Shown in pieces: positions 13,101-24,338 of a DNA stretch of 64,000 bases. The notes under the pieces are model-generated. The model saw only the letters and a program-made list of their open reading frames with translations, did not search any database and was not told the origin of the DNA. The position numbers were made by a program, and so were the translations under genes. The stretch comes from Haliotis rubra (taxonomy: Eukaryota), in contig NW_025765037.1 in NCBI RefSeq assembly GCF_003918875.1, positions 806,001 to 870,000 on the forward strand, read 5' to 3'. Position 1 is the stretch's first letter; each line of letters opens with the position of its first letter.

Positions 13101-16100
13101 GTGCCAAGTTTGGAGAAGAAATATAGAACAGTTTCAGAGTTCTGCTCCGGAAAAGACAAATGTGCACGGATGGACTGACGCACTCCATTTTAATACCCCC
13201 CGCAAAACGTGTTGAGGGGGATAAAAATTGTTTTATCATGTTGCTTGAAGTCAGACATGAGAACAGCAAAGCACAAAAAACACTGAAAATTTAGCCTGGG
13301 GTCTTGGGGGTCTTTTATTGCAGATTTACATCGATCTAAAAAATGTTCGAAATGAAACAAAAATCTGCAGAAAATTCTCATGTCTGTGAAGTGCATAGTC
13401 GTTTTTTAGAAGTAAAAAAAAGTAGTTACATCATTACATTTTGTAACAATTTACTATACTCTTGCTAAAACCAAAAAAATGCCTCAGAAATATGCAATTC
13501 AATACTCACTGTGCGTAACCGTTTATTGAGCCAATAGTCATACACTGCAATGATAAGATCATCATCTTCTTTCAGTAACAACTTAGCTTCCTGGAGGGTA
13601 ACCACCTGCAATGAGATCAGGAAGCACTATCAGAGCCATTCACAAAAACAATATCTTACATTACCAAAGCATCCTCTCCAATAATCTGCAACTAATAATT
13701 TAAGCCTCTTCCTCTTTAGCATATTTATTGGCACGTTCTCAGAGAAGCAAGACTATGAAATTTGTTTAACTGTACTAACATGAATTAGGAAGGTTTTTCA
13801 TTTCAGTTCAATTTTAACACATGAACTGCAGATATGGAACTGAACATTGGACTCTAGTCACCCTACAAAAATATTTGACTGGAAGCAGTGTTTAAAATAT
13901 AAAGACTACATTATGGCAAAAGTACATGAGATTATAGATTTTCAACTGATTGATGAAAAGGCAGAAACATTTGTCACTATTGTCATGTAAATTGTAATCA
14001 GCACCAACCTGCTGACCACTGCCTTTTTCCAACCTATCCATCATCTCTTCAAACTTGAGAGGCGTGATTTCCATCTTCTTGGCCTGCTCATTGAGCCAGC
14101 CCTCGTCCTCGCTGTCCATGTCATAGTCTGGTATTTCCTGGTCCATACCAAACGCTGTCAGAACAAAGTCAGGGTCAGTTTTACGGTACTTTGGCAATAT
14201 CTCAAAATGTGATGATTTGCTTCAAACATTTTAAGAATCTCTTGTTTTTTACATCACAACACACTTGTCCATTTGAGAACAGTATGAGTAATCTCTAATT
14301 TGCACACCTTTAACTGTCAGCAAAAACTAGTGTTCCAATTGTTTATTGATGTACTTAGTTCCATAACACAGAATACATTATTAAGATTAACAGTTTCAAA
14401 TAGTCTATAAATACACCTTTTTCAGTTGGACATGATAAAACACTTATTCTATAAGTGTTTTTATAAAGTGTGAATAGTACTACTTACAGTCCCAGTTATT
14501 CATTTCAATAAAATATTACTGTCCATACAACAAGATTTCAAACAGGCATTTTACTTTTATGAGTAGACTAAAACATGCTGTAAGAGGCATGTAATGCAAT
14601 TACTTCTGTTCAAAGACAAGGACTCCGATGGAATTGCAGCTCACTTTGATATGTGGTCAACAGCTTATAAAGGCTAAAGAAACACTAACTACAGTTGCTC
14701 TCAGCATTATTATTTAAACATTTTCTGCATATATACTGTTAAGAAAACACACACAGTAGCCAAGTTTTCAAGTCTGCAAGTACAGATGTACTATTTTAGG
14801 AGAGAGAGGAGAAAAATAAAGTGAGTGAGTATGGTTTTACGCCGCTTTTAGCAATATTCCAGCAATATCACGACAGGGGACACCAGAAATGGGCCTCACA
14901 CATTGTACCCCTGTGTGGAATCGAACCCGGATCTTTGGCGTGACGAGCCAACTCTTCAACCACTAGGCTACCCCACCGCTCCAGAAAAATAAGAGGAAGA
15001 TATATTTTGAGACACAAATGCAGTAATGCTTAGTATAATGTTGGTGAATTTGAAGTGGAACACTTTTATGGATAGACAACTTCTTTGTTGCAGCGTTTCG
15101 GTGTAGATCCTGATACCTTTATCAAGCAAATGATGACGGTGTTAGGATCTACACCGAAACTTCGCGTCAAATAAATACTACTGCAACAAAGAAGTTGTCT
15201 ATCCATAAATGTGTTCCACTTCATCATACCAGCTTCTAAATGCCACTTAAGGAAGTTGGTGAATTTCATTATGAAAACACCTCTGAATCTAAGGAATGAA
15301 ATACTTAAAGACTTTTTGCAATTTTCTTGACAAGTCTACATAGTTTGGAATTCATGATAAACCTCTAGAATTTGGAAGTAGTCTAGTAGGATCCTTTTAT
15401 TCATTCATTTGAACCTCTTGACAAAATCAGTGTCAACATTGGGTGGAACAAGCCTGTGAATTAGATGCTTGATTGGCATTTTAGAAGATGATATTTGATG
15501 AACATAGAGATTTTTTCTGGGTTACATCTTCTTTTTATTCTCGAGTACAACGTTTCAGGGCTTGTTCTGGCCCTGAAACGTTGTACTCGAGAATAAAAAG
15601 AAGATGTAACCCAGAAAAAATCTCTATGTTCAAGCCTGTGAAGTTTCAGGTTCTATGTTCCAGTGGTTTCAGGAAGGTGCTTACAGATGCTAATGCAGAA
15701 GTAGGCAAGACATAACTTCATTTGACTTTTAGTCAGATGAACTAAAAATTCACTTAAGATTTTCAGAAATTTCTACTCAGATCAGATAATACAATAAGGT
15801 AAATTAGTACTGGGTTGTGATCAGTAGGTTCTGATTATGTGAAACAAACTGCCTACTGCATGAATGTAGTATTCCTACCCTGAATGTGGATGTACTGCTT
15901 CCCCAGTTTGAAGTCCTGCTTGTAATATTGGTCATACTTCTCAGCAATATCTTCCACTTCAGGAATAGGAATAACCAGTGCCTCAGATGTCCCATAGACC
16001 TGCTGTGCGGACAAGGCTCTCTGAAGATGGTGCTCCTGCAATCATACAAGCTTAGGTTAAGACTGGTACGTACAATACTATGCATAGATGTGTTAGTTGC

Positions 16101-19100
16101 AAAAACCGATACATGAAGAAAAATAATATTGGCAAGACACAACTAACACGAAACCATAAAACTGACTATTCAAGCATTCCTTTAAGATACCTATAATGTC
16201 CAACATACAGCTTAATTAAAATGCTTATGAGTGAGTGAGCTTAGTTTTACGCCGCACTCAGCAATATTCCAGCTATATGGAGGCGGTCTGTAAATAATCG
16301 AGTCTGGACAAGACAATCTAGTGATCAGCAGCATGAGCATCAATCTGCGCAATTGGGAACCGATGACATGTGTCTCAAATGCTTATGACTAATGAGTTGG
16401 AGAGCAACCATGTTTTAACCAGATGTGCAGGGATGAGAACGGGCATGAGTGAAAAAAGAAAAAAATAGATCAGATCTGCCAAAGAGAGAGAGAGGGAGGG
16501 CAGTCATTTTGTCTAATTGCTGGGATGTCCAGATAGAGCCATGGGCTCTAGCCAACTACATCAACAAATACTTTCTATCAATCTGTCTATCCAATGTATT
16601 ATAACAATATTGAGTTGGATACCTGATTGGGTCTTGAATTTTTTATAAGTATTATCTGTTTATTCCACAAAATTTCTTAAATGTTGCAGCAACAGAGTGA
16701 AGTTCCTACCTTGTGGTATTTACTTGGTAGTTTGAATTACACAGGCAACACATTTGTCATCAGTTACACAATTATCCAAGTCAATGGCAGACAAATAAAG
16801 AAGCAGTTGCTTGATACATCTTTCAGTTTGAATATTTTTATGATGCAACTGTTTAGTGAGTGAGATATGACATTGGTCACTTTGAACAGAATTTTAGTTA
16901 GATCACCATTAGGCTGATGTGGGAGAAGAGTTTATGCTTATCTCTTTGGTTAGTCATGATGTTGGGTGCTAACAAAAATCAAAACATTGTCAGACAGAAT
17001 CCAAATGAACATATGACCATTAGTTTCTGGCTTGTCATTATATGACAACTCTGCACTGCAGACAATGAAGAGAAAAAATACAAAGAAACAACCAAGATAG
17101 TCAACAAAACTGAGAATTCCTATCAAAATATGGTAGAGCCCGAGCCAAATACTAACCCCACCCTGATTTTCAGTGGATTTTAGTCTTTGTATATGAAATT
17201 GCATAATCTCTGACTGATCAGAAATTATATTTAGTGGTCTGTATCTAAAAATTGTTAACTGACTATGACAATACAAAGCTCCATATTAGCTCCTTGTAAT
17301 AAAGAATGCGAAATAAACAATCACAACCCAATTATTGACAATTGAGATGCTGGTGAACAAAATACTCATACTTGTTTTTTAAACAGCCTGCACAGATACA
17401 CTACTCAGGCAGGACCAAAACGTCGTATTTAGTAAATGGTGTGGTCCTTATCAAATCTGGTTGGGTTGGGTTGGGTTGGTTTGTTGTTTAATGCTGCACT
17501 CAGCAATATTCCAACTATATGGCAGCAATCTGTAAATAATCAAGTGTGGACCAAACAATCCAGTGATCAACATCATGAGCATGACCTACGTAATCGGGAT
17601 ATGATGACGTGTCCACCAAGTCAGTGAGCCTGACCACCTGATCCCGTTTGTCGCCTCTTACAAGCAAATCTGGAGTAATTTACTTTAACAGTGTTTAATT
17701 TAGCCTATGAAGGCCTTTCAGATGCTGTACCCAACATCTTTGTTTATCAACATTTACTGATAAATGCATCATCTGCACATGAACTTTACTGCAGTGAATA
17801 ATGAACAAAAGACGTCTCACTGATTACAACTGACCCATGTACTGCTGTTGTGTGCTTATGCAACAATGAACACATTTAGGGCAGCACATGAAAGGAAGAC
17901 AATTATAAGTAACAGGAGTGAGGTGAGTGAGAGAATTGTTTTCCACAGCTTTTAGTAATTTCACAATGGGGGACACAAGAAATGGGCTTCACACATTGTA
18001 CCCATGTGGGGAATCAATCCTGGGTCTTCGGCATGACGAGCGGACGCTTTAACCATTAGGCTACCCCACCGCTCCAAAAGTAACACGAAACAGCATGTTA
18101 AGAATTGTTATAATGAAAAATGTCTGCAGTACATATCCGTGTGTATGTGTAGTGTCCAAAAGTGAAAAGTTACATGCCAACACCTGGCACTGAGACATTG
18201 AACCAACTACAGTGAATACCATTTTGACAAACTGCTTGAGTACACCGACACTTCAATGAACCAAGAAAGGGACACATCCAACCTCATTTCTTAAGTTGTT
18301 AAGACAAAAATCAAGTGTTGGGGATTAGGCTCCTATTTCACAAAGTTATCCCCATGTTGTGAATGTCGTTTGTAGTTAAGGTATCAGTCTAAACATTGTT
18401 TAAGTACAAGTGTTCTCTGCCATTAATGGGAATCCACGATGAACTGACTGAGTTTGGTTTTACGCCGCTTTTAGCAATATTCCAGCAACATCACAGCGGG
18501 GGACACCAGAAATTGGCTTCACACATTGTACCCATGTGGGGATTCGAACCCGGGTCTTCGGCGTGACGAGCCATGGCTTTAACTACTAGGCTACCCCACC
18601 ACCCCATCCATGATGGAAAACTGCAGGTCACATGCGACACCTGACAGGCTAACACTACACATAAAAACAGTCCTTTTACCACTATCACTAATATCAAAAA
18701 CTCAAGAACCCTTTTCCCGGGGTACATAATATCCAAAAATATTTTCCTGATTTTTTAATATATAAGCAAAGGTCTCTATCTGATCATGGTTGCTCTTAAC
18801 CATGAAGCACATTTTCCAATCAAGCATTCATTTCACTAACATCATATTTGATCTATAATAAATCATTTACTGGTGACAAAATATGTTGCAGATCTTGTTC
18901 AAGTAATCACATCACAACCATGTGTGTGTCAGCCCAATGCAAACCATGAGGTATAGAACTATATCCACTGTTCAGTTCAATTTTATTACTATTGTGTAGG
19001 AGAGTCCTAAAACTTCAAACTTCAAATTCGTTTAAAGGCGAAGTAACAAGTTCAAAATTTTCAGATTGAATGTTGAGGTTGCAGACATGTTAGTGTGGCT

Positions 19101-22100
19101 ACACAGGTATTTGTTTTCACCATTGTTACAGTATAGCAATCGCGAAGCATACAATTTGTGAATGTATTGCAATATGGGTACAAATGTTGCAGTAGGTTTG
19201 TGAGAGTATCTTCACTGTCCACCTGATGAAGCCATCAAAGAAGGTTACCCCCATAAATAACGAGCTTTTCTGAACGAATATTGCATCGTCAAACAAGGTG
19301 TATTCGAATCAAACTGATGGAAAAGTAAATGGTAGACATTACTTATTTCCATGTCAGTGCCTCTATCAATACTTTCAATGAACAAATGGAAGTCATTGAT
19401 AGTTTGATGCAAGAAAACAAGATGTAAATTTGTTTGTGATAACTCACTACTGTTTTAAGTCCCAGAAGTCATAAAAGAGTGATGATCAGAAGTAATGACT
19501 TCAAGTTGCTAATGTACCGTGACATTTGTTTATATACTTCCTGTCAAAAAGTTTAGACTCACTTAAAACACTCACTATATTTTATGGATTTTTACTGATT
19601 TCTCCACAAACTTGGGGGAACCAACTACAAACCTTATGCAGATGAATTGCACGAGGATCATGCATCAAATTGCTGAAAGGCATGTGCAAATATTGTGCAT
19701 GTGAACAGCTGCATTTTGGTGTCAAGTTTTAAGAATTCGCCAATTTTCATCGCTTTTTATAATTTATTGAACTCATGACAATAATCTTTTCAATGTTACG
19801 AATTTGCTTTACAATACATCAGTTCACGTGTAAACAGGACCTTTAAACAGTATGGAATATTTTGCGAAATATAGTTTAGAACAGCTGCCTGAAGTAAATG
19901 GCTATTTTTACACTACTGAGTCTAAACTTTTGAAAGGAAGTATATTATATTGTTTTATATCATAACCATGTTATGAACAATACGCAACCACTTGATTTCT
20001 TACTGTACTGCTACACCTGCATAAGGCAGCTTTCAAGGAAGGGTTGGAGTCTCCCATTGATCAGAGGGACTAGCTGTTTTCTTACTGGAATCTAGTTCTG
20101 AACCTAAGTTGCCTAGGCTTGACAAGCAAATTCTTTAAATGTTGGTTACAACTTAGGGTTAAATGCTGCATTGGTGAGAATATAGGTTTCATTGGTGTGC
20201 TAAGAAAATGCAAATTATCAACCTCCCCACTGTTATTGCAATGTGTGGATTCAAATAGACAAAGGATCATAATTGAGGCAGATCATGGCGCAAGTAATAT
20301 TTTAAGGGCATCATCCTGCTTCTTACAAGGAGGAGAGGGCTACCTAAATTATTTTTATGCATCTTGGGTTTCTTTCAAGAACACTAAACAAGTACTTGAC
20401 AAATATATTGTGACAATTCAGGCAAATAGATGTTAATGACTAAATAAAGTAAAGATGATTGTTACCACAATGGTAGAAATTTACACAAAAGCTTCATAAT
20501 CCATGAAGGTGGCTAGTAGTCACAAACACTAAATCATCCTTATGAATTATATTTCTTTTTCCAGATGACGTTGGTGAGACAACTTAAGTTTTCATTCAGA
20601 GATGGTGACTCATTACAACTTGGAAATGTATATCAAATGTAGCCTTTCAAAAGTGGTAAATCATACAAAATATTATATATAAAGAGTTTTGTCAATCAGT
20701 TTCCAATAATGTGGCAAAGACTACCAAAACTCTCAACAATGAACATCAACAGTAAATGTCAGTATAAAATTCAAGTAGAAACTCATATACTTTGTATCTG
20801 TGGAAGTGTTTCTGCAAACATGTATTGTACCCCTATCAAAGTAGCAATTACTATTGTCTAAGATTTTGATAAATTCAAACCACACAGTTGAACTATCAAC
20901 TGTTTTAAATGTTGTCAGTCATAATTTTTCTTACTCTGGACTCAACAACAAACCAAAAGTACTGATAAAATTAAGATCACTGATCCATACATAAAAAACA
21001 TATGGCTTGTTTTCAGAAACATTTAAGCTGGGTCATTATCTAAATGCCACCCATGGTATAAGTATGCATACTTTTCTGTAACGAAATGTGAAAAGAGAAC
21101 GTAAGAAACTTGCATGCATAAATTCGCAGTTTGGGACAAAAGTGGCGGTCTCAGACTGTCAGGCAAGCACATATTTCAAACACTGGAAATTGATAGCAAT
21201 CAGACCAAATTAAGCAAGTTTTCTCCATTTACAGTTAAAAATTAAATTATAAAAGAGTAGGATAAATCTTAGTGACATGAAAGCTCTGTATTTCTAACAT
21301 GACCAGACAAAGTGATGGTTATTGGCTTGAATTTGGTATTGTTTTTCTTTGTAATAAGGATTTGTGCATTGCAACAAGTACCACAACAGATTGCATTCAG
21401 TCTTCAATTTGTTAGTTTGTATTCTGTTAGAAGTTGCCATGGACACAATGCACGTACAACAGACACATTCTGTAGTGGAAACTGGTTGCAAACAGTCAAT
21501 GGACACATTTGTTTCTTTTACTTTTCTTTCAAGTTAAAATCCATGAATAGTCCAGGTTGATTATATACTTAAAGACAACGATTACATTCCCGACTCAGCA
21601 ACTGTTGCATACACAGAGTGAATAATATTGATACTGGGATCACAACTGGAGGGTTGGCATGAAGAAGGCATCTACCACAAACCACATACACCGGTCTTGG
21701 CTCACCTATGACTAATGCATTACACAACTCCTTAAAAATATGAAAGAAAACCCCTTATTATTGCTTCTCTATGAGAAGAACCAGACATGTATAGTGTCGG
21801 CTTTACTGGTCACTGGTTGTTCTTTTTTAACAATGAATGATGTAGTAAACACAATGTGTGCAACCTATGTTCACTGAATGTCAAAAATGACATATTATCA
21901 TGTTATGCTGATTGCCTCAAAAATCAAAATAAGCATAATAAGTAGCAACCGTGCACCATGACTGTAATATCAGCACCCACTGGCAAACATTATTCAGGAA
22001 TTGACACAAAATGAACTCAAAAGACACTTCAAATATTCAGTACAATGATGCCTCTGTTGAACAAAGTGTGAAAGGAATAAACTTGAAAGAATTCAAAGTA

Positions 22101-23261
22101 TGTTCAAGCAGGTTTTCCAACGTATATATATGTGTGTGTGTGTGTGTGTTTGTCTATGATCAGCTGAAGATACTGTCTGTTTAGTTTTTACTACACCTAA
22201 GACAGCAACATTAATTATCATGCTTTCTACAGTCCAAGGTTTACTCCAACCGTGAACACTGCAACATATGAAGTCCAAAATTGGTTTAACTGATGTCACA
22301 ACACGATAACACTCACACTGAACCAATCATGTGTTTTGACTGTAATACAGATACGTGTAGCTTATGGTTATATGCACGGTGTACACAAACAAACTGAACA
22401 TGTTATTTTCTAGCTGCAACATATATGCCCCAGGGTAAGAAATTGAACATCAATTCACTAAAAATGTGCAAGAAGATTGAATGGGTGCACAACTGAAGCA
22501 TCGATCATTACCGCAAGTCTACAACAAACAATTACGAAAATAAAAAACAAGAAATAGATAGCTAATGAGATTTTAATACTATTAGGTCTAAAATGTGTTA
22601 AAGACACTGCAATATTGCAAAATATTTGGCAGAAGTTCAAAAGGGGAATCCCCAATATATTGCAGGGATTCCCTTGACCCAGATAAGACAAAACTTGGTT
22701 TACTTGTAACCTGGTGAGTTATTTCAGTTTATTTGTCCATAACAACAAGTTCTAAATGACAAAGGGGGTCCACATCAGCCGACAATGTTGTCAGTTTTTG
22801 TACTTTTCCGACGAGATGAAATTTTGACACACACCAAGTTCGCATCGTATCGTCACTACTGTCTAAATATGGCGCTTGATGTCACGTGACTTAGTGGACA
22901 AAATAATGCTTCACAGACAAAGACTGGACGTTTCCTGGCAATATTTTCAGAGTCATGAACACAACGATATCCATGAAATGCAGCAACAACATCAATAAGT
23001 AGCGCAATCGCCTCATAATGTCCCTTTCGAATGAATCTAGGTAAAGTGCGCGCCACCAAGATGGCGGCCAATCACAAATTCCGGTTGCTCTAAACAAAGG
23101 CAACGTACCGTTTCCTCTTCTTTTTCCATTCCAGTCGGCATCAGAGGTACAGATCTGTTGATCGTTGCAAAATCAGGTAGATCAGGTATCTCATCCGCCC
23201 TGAAAACAGGCATGGGCTTCGTGGCGTCCAGCGCCCGAGCCCTAAACGATACCTTGCTCAT
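1082..23261 (-). CDS. EPC1: Enhancer of polycomb homolog (NuA4/TIP60 subunit), 15 coding exons, whole-gene span
   Basis: Spliced translation begins MSKVSFRARALDATKPMPVFR, contains EHHLQRALSAQQVYG, PDYDMDSEDE, NPYVAFRRRTEKMQTRKNRKNDE and GFSRRRVGRGGRVILDRA, and ends PMDVT*, all recognisable EPC1/EPC2 family motifs. All introns are GT-AG with matching phases. One frameshift is needed in exon 13. Confidence 0.95.
1313..1535 (-). mobile_element. SINE-like family B in the last EPC intron
   Basis: Diverged full match. Confidence 0.78.
1804..2041 (-). CDS. EPC1: EPC exon 14 (SKTSGLSTSPAANILQLNFP...ALNLL)
   Basis: ttcatAG acceptor, GTGAGT donor, phase 1/2, open S/T/A-rich frame. Confidence 0.78.
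2741..3281 (-). CDS. EPC1: EPC exon 13 (PHFRPKTPP...FTLDSASAEFAVSAV...NGPLID), contains an apparent 1-nt frameshift at 2865-2872
   Basis: tttcAG acceptor at 3282. The frame stops at 2825 as written, but adding one C to the C8 run continues it to a GTAAGG donor at 2740 in the phase required by exon 14. Confidence 0.8.
3566..3688 (-). CDS. EPC1: EPC exon 12 (VILDRAYTPWDD...IRGKK)
   Basis: atctAG acceptor, GTAAGT donor, phase 2/2. Confidence 0.88.
3945..4080 (-). mobile_element. SINE family A, 5'-truncated
   Basis: (GTGA)n tail and body match. Confidence 0.75.
4463..4611 (-). CDS. EPC1: EPC exon 11 (PLMGRQGNWSW...GFSRRRVGRGGR)
   Basis: tttgcAG acceptor, GTAAGT donor; EPcB motif. Confidence 0.92.
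5137..5223 (-). CDS. EPC1: EPC exon 10 (GMSPSDHEDENDPDGPFAFKRRKHCHYFT)
   Basis: ttccAG acceptor, GTAAGT donor; conserved NDPDGPFAF motif. Confidence 0.92.
5661..5840 (-). CDS. EPC1: EPC exon 9 (DIAPKPKKRAYRKRK...SSDDDGLSP)
   Basis: ttacAG acceptor, GTGAGT donor; basic NLS-like stretch and Gln/His tract. Confidence 0.88.
6225..6351 (-). CDS. EPC1: EPC exon 8 (YQSEDFDGKLLAHAEAERHK...GVNG)
   Basis: gttgcAG acceptor, GTAAGC donor, phase 2/0. Confidence 0.88.
6808..6888 (-). CDS. EPC1: EPC exon 7 (TLLEVIKRREKSKKELLQLTIEVLEKR)
   Basis: ttttgcAG acceptor, GTGAGA donor, phase 2/2. Confidence 0.92.
7118..7426. repeat. DIRS 3' inverted terminal repeat
   Basis: Reverse complement of 11410-11718 with scattered mismatches. 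Confidence 0.92.
7500..7585. repeat. DIRS internal complementary region (ICR)
   Basis: catgagtcaggataa...tagtcagaaaattacat is complementary to 7074-7113, followed directly by tttttccttatcctgactcatgcttattatgcttg, complementary to 11565-11597. Confidence 0.85.
7780..8218 (-). pseudogene. DIRS tyrosine recombinase fragment, frameshifted
   Basis: LIALATAARMSEIHAL (catalytic Arg box of DIRS YRs), then in another frame LRWDVIAKNQ; no HxxR or Tyr C-terminal part seen. Confidence 0.75.
8234..9121 (-). pseudogene. DIRS reverse transcriptase, catalytically mutated and truncated before RNase H
   Basis: VGGCL..W, GFYSSIFLVPKK, FRLIYNIR, IDLQDVDLHIPI, LPFGISSAPWLFTR, FLGI; YLDD reads YLDN. Confidence 0.9.
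9285..11280 (-). pseudogene. DIRS ORF1/gag-like region, broken by stops and a MITE
   Basis: N-terminal Cys-rich CxxC...DPHxxCxxC...CxxC, K/S/R-rich linker, then helical ORF 9285-10016 ending in a ..YIFGG-like motif directly upstream of RT. Confidence 0.65.
10347..10586. mobile_element. Non-autonomous TIR element (MITE) nested in DIRS gag
   Basis: TIRs CAGGGGAGGAAAAA / TTTTTCCACCCCTG, AT-rich interior, flanking direct repeat CTGGTA (6 bp). Confidence 0.8.
11410..11718. repeat. DIRS 5' inverted terminal repeat
   Basis: Reverse complement of 7118-7426. Confidence 0.92.
12370..12437 (-). CDS. EPC1: EPC exon 6 (NRKNDEVSYEKMLKLRRDLSRAV)
   Basis: tttcAG acceptor, GTGAGT donor, phase 0/2. Confidence 0.92.
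12648..12755 (-). CDS. EPC1: EPC exon 5 (QQPLIATVKTEKRDGSTTNNPYVAFRRRTEKMQTRK)
   Basis: tttacAG acceptor, GTACAT donor, conserved motif. Confidence 0.92.
12830..13227. mobile_element. Helentron-associated (HINE/DINE-like) non-autonomous element, tentative
   Basis: Starts AAACAAGA, subterminal CCCCCGC, internal duplicated AGTTCTGCTCCGGAAAAGA, degenerate (GACG/GATG) tract, terminal hairpin TACCCCCCG...GGGGGATAAAAA. Confidence 0.45.
13510..13605 (-). CDS. EPC1: EPC exon 4 (VVTLQEAKLLLKEDDDLIIAVYDYWLNKRLRT)
   Basis: ttgcAG acceptor, GTGAGT donor, 96 nt. Confidence 0.92.
14009..14154 (-). CDS. EPC1: EPC exon 3 (AFGMDQEIPDYDMDSEDE...GSGQQ)
   Basis: gacAG acceptor, GTTGGT donor, phase 1/0. Confidence 0.93.
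14821..14981 (-). mobile_element. SINE family A
   Basis: Full match; TSD AGAAAAATAA. Confidence 0.85.
15052..15254. mobile_element. Penelope-like palindromic insertion with two degenerate hammerhead cores
   Basis: Inverted arms gaagtggaacac..atggatagacaacttctttgttgcag / ctgcaacaaagaagttgtctatccataaatgtgttccacttc; TGATGA..stem..CCGAAAC motif; 12-bp TSD GTTGGTGAATTT (15040, 15255). Confidence 0.7.
15461..15632. mobile_element. Penelope-like fold-back insertion containing a perfect 63-bp-arm palindrome (15499-15632)
   Basis: Arms 15499-15561 and 15570-15632 with an 8-nt loop; GAAACGTTG hammerhead-type 3' half; flanking direct repeat CAAGCCTGTGAA (15449, 15631). Confidence 0.65.
15879..16035 (-). 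CDS. EPC1: EPC exon 2 (EHHLQRALSAQQ...YIHIQ)
   Basis: ttgcAG acceptor, GTAGGA donor, phase 0/1. Confidence 0.93.
16228..16374 (-). mobile_element. SINE-like family B, 5'-truncated
   Basis: Flanked by AAATGCTTATGA direct repeat. Confidence 0.8.
17459..17664 (-). mobile_element. SINE-like family B
   Basis: Diverged match, (GGTTG)n tail. Confidence 0.75.
17923..18075 (-). mobile_element. SINE family A
   Basis: Head and body match. Confidence 0.8.
18443..18604 (-). mobile_element. SINE family A
   Basis: Full match. Confidence 0.85.
19535..19942. mobile_element. Tc1/mariner-type MITE, copy 1
   Basis: TIR TACTTCCTGTCAAAAAGTTTAGACTCA / TGAGTCTAAACTTTTGAAAGGAAGTA flanked by TA; homologous to 48903-49323. 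Confidence 0.8.
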
Positions 23262-23775
23262 CTTGCCACCCTAGATATGCTAATGAGCCTGTTCAAGGAA
23301 GTTTTCGTACAAAGTGACGGTTAGAGCCCTCAATTGCGGACTCTACCACACTGAAAACAAACGATAGTGTCAATACATTTTGCCGAAGGTCTAAATCTAG
23401 CACTAGAACGTCGCCCTAGTTTACCCAAAGTCCGCAAACCCAGTATATTTTCTACGATTTTCGTGTTTCATCATGGCGGACTTGCCAGTCCATCAAGGTA
23501 TCCCAAGATTCATTGTACATTGGCGGGTGCGCGCGCATGTGTTTTCATTCACACACAAGCGTACTACGAATCTTACTACAAACAGAGACTGGTAATCAAT
23601 TTAATTGCTGGTTATTTTTGTGAGGTTCCCACTATAGCTACTGTACGCCTTATAGATCGACTGCTGCTCAAATCATTGCATGACAGTGACACATGTATTT
23701 GGTGTCTGGGGGTATATAGTGCTGTGCGGCGATAGCTAAACGGAATGGGCGTGGCTTGACAATATTTCCACGTGG
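22865..23775. promoter_or_regulatory. CpG-enriched EPC promoter / first-intron regulatory region
   Basis: YY1-type CAAGATGGCGGC (23057) next to CCAAT (23068), YY1-like AAATATGGCG (22865) and CATGGCGG (23472), E-box palindromes GTCACGTGAC (22881) and CCACGTGG (23768), NRF1-like TGCGCGCGCA (23528), GC box GGGCGTGGC (23747). Confidence 0.6.
23109..23261 (-). CDS. EPC1: EPC exon 1 (MSKVSFRARAL...MEKEEET)
   Basis: ATG at 23261, donor GTACGT, phase 0. Confidence 0.95.
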
Positions 23776-24103
23776 TCGAAAATATGTGTTTTCACATGCA
23801 TTGTGACCAGTACATTTTTCAGCAATTGTATCCTGCAATATTTCATATAATTATCTATGTTCATTGGACATTGTAAATGTTCATTTCTAAATATATCTTT
23901 TTTTGTTCAAATCGTTTAAATACCTGATTTTGAACAATGTTACATATGGTATCTGTATCATAGTATATGTGTTTTGTACATTTTGCACACATAGCCATTT
24001 ACGAACATTGACGATCGCCCCTGTAATACTTGTACCTTATTATTTCTATTACAGGCTCATCACAGGCGATTTAAAGGGAAGGCCCCCCACAAGGATACAC
24101 AAG

Positions 24104-24338
24104 GTGAGTGAGTGAGTTTAGTTTTACGCCACGCTCAGCTATATGGCGGCGGTCTGTAAATAATCGAGTCTGGACCAGACAATCCAGTGATCAGCAATGA
24201 GCATCGATCTGCGCAATTGGGAACCGATGTCATATGTCAACCAAGTCAGCGAGCCTGACCACCCGATCCCGATAGTGGCCTCTTACGACAAGCATTGCAT
24301 GGTTACTGAAGGCACATTCTAACCCGGATCTTCACGGA
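24104..24338 (-). mobile_element. SINE-like family B
   Basis: Full match. Confidence 0.83.

Noticed and set aside
19223-19250. CTGATGA motifs at about 19223, 7711 and 49624 as further hammerheads
   Set aside because: No stem II followed by GAAA at a suitable distance
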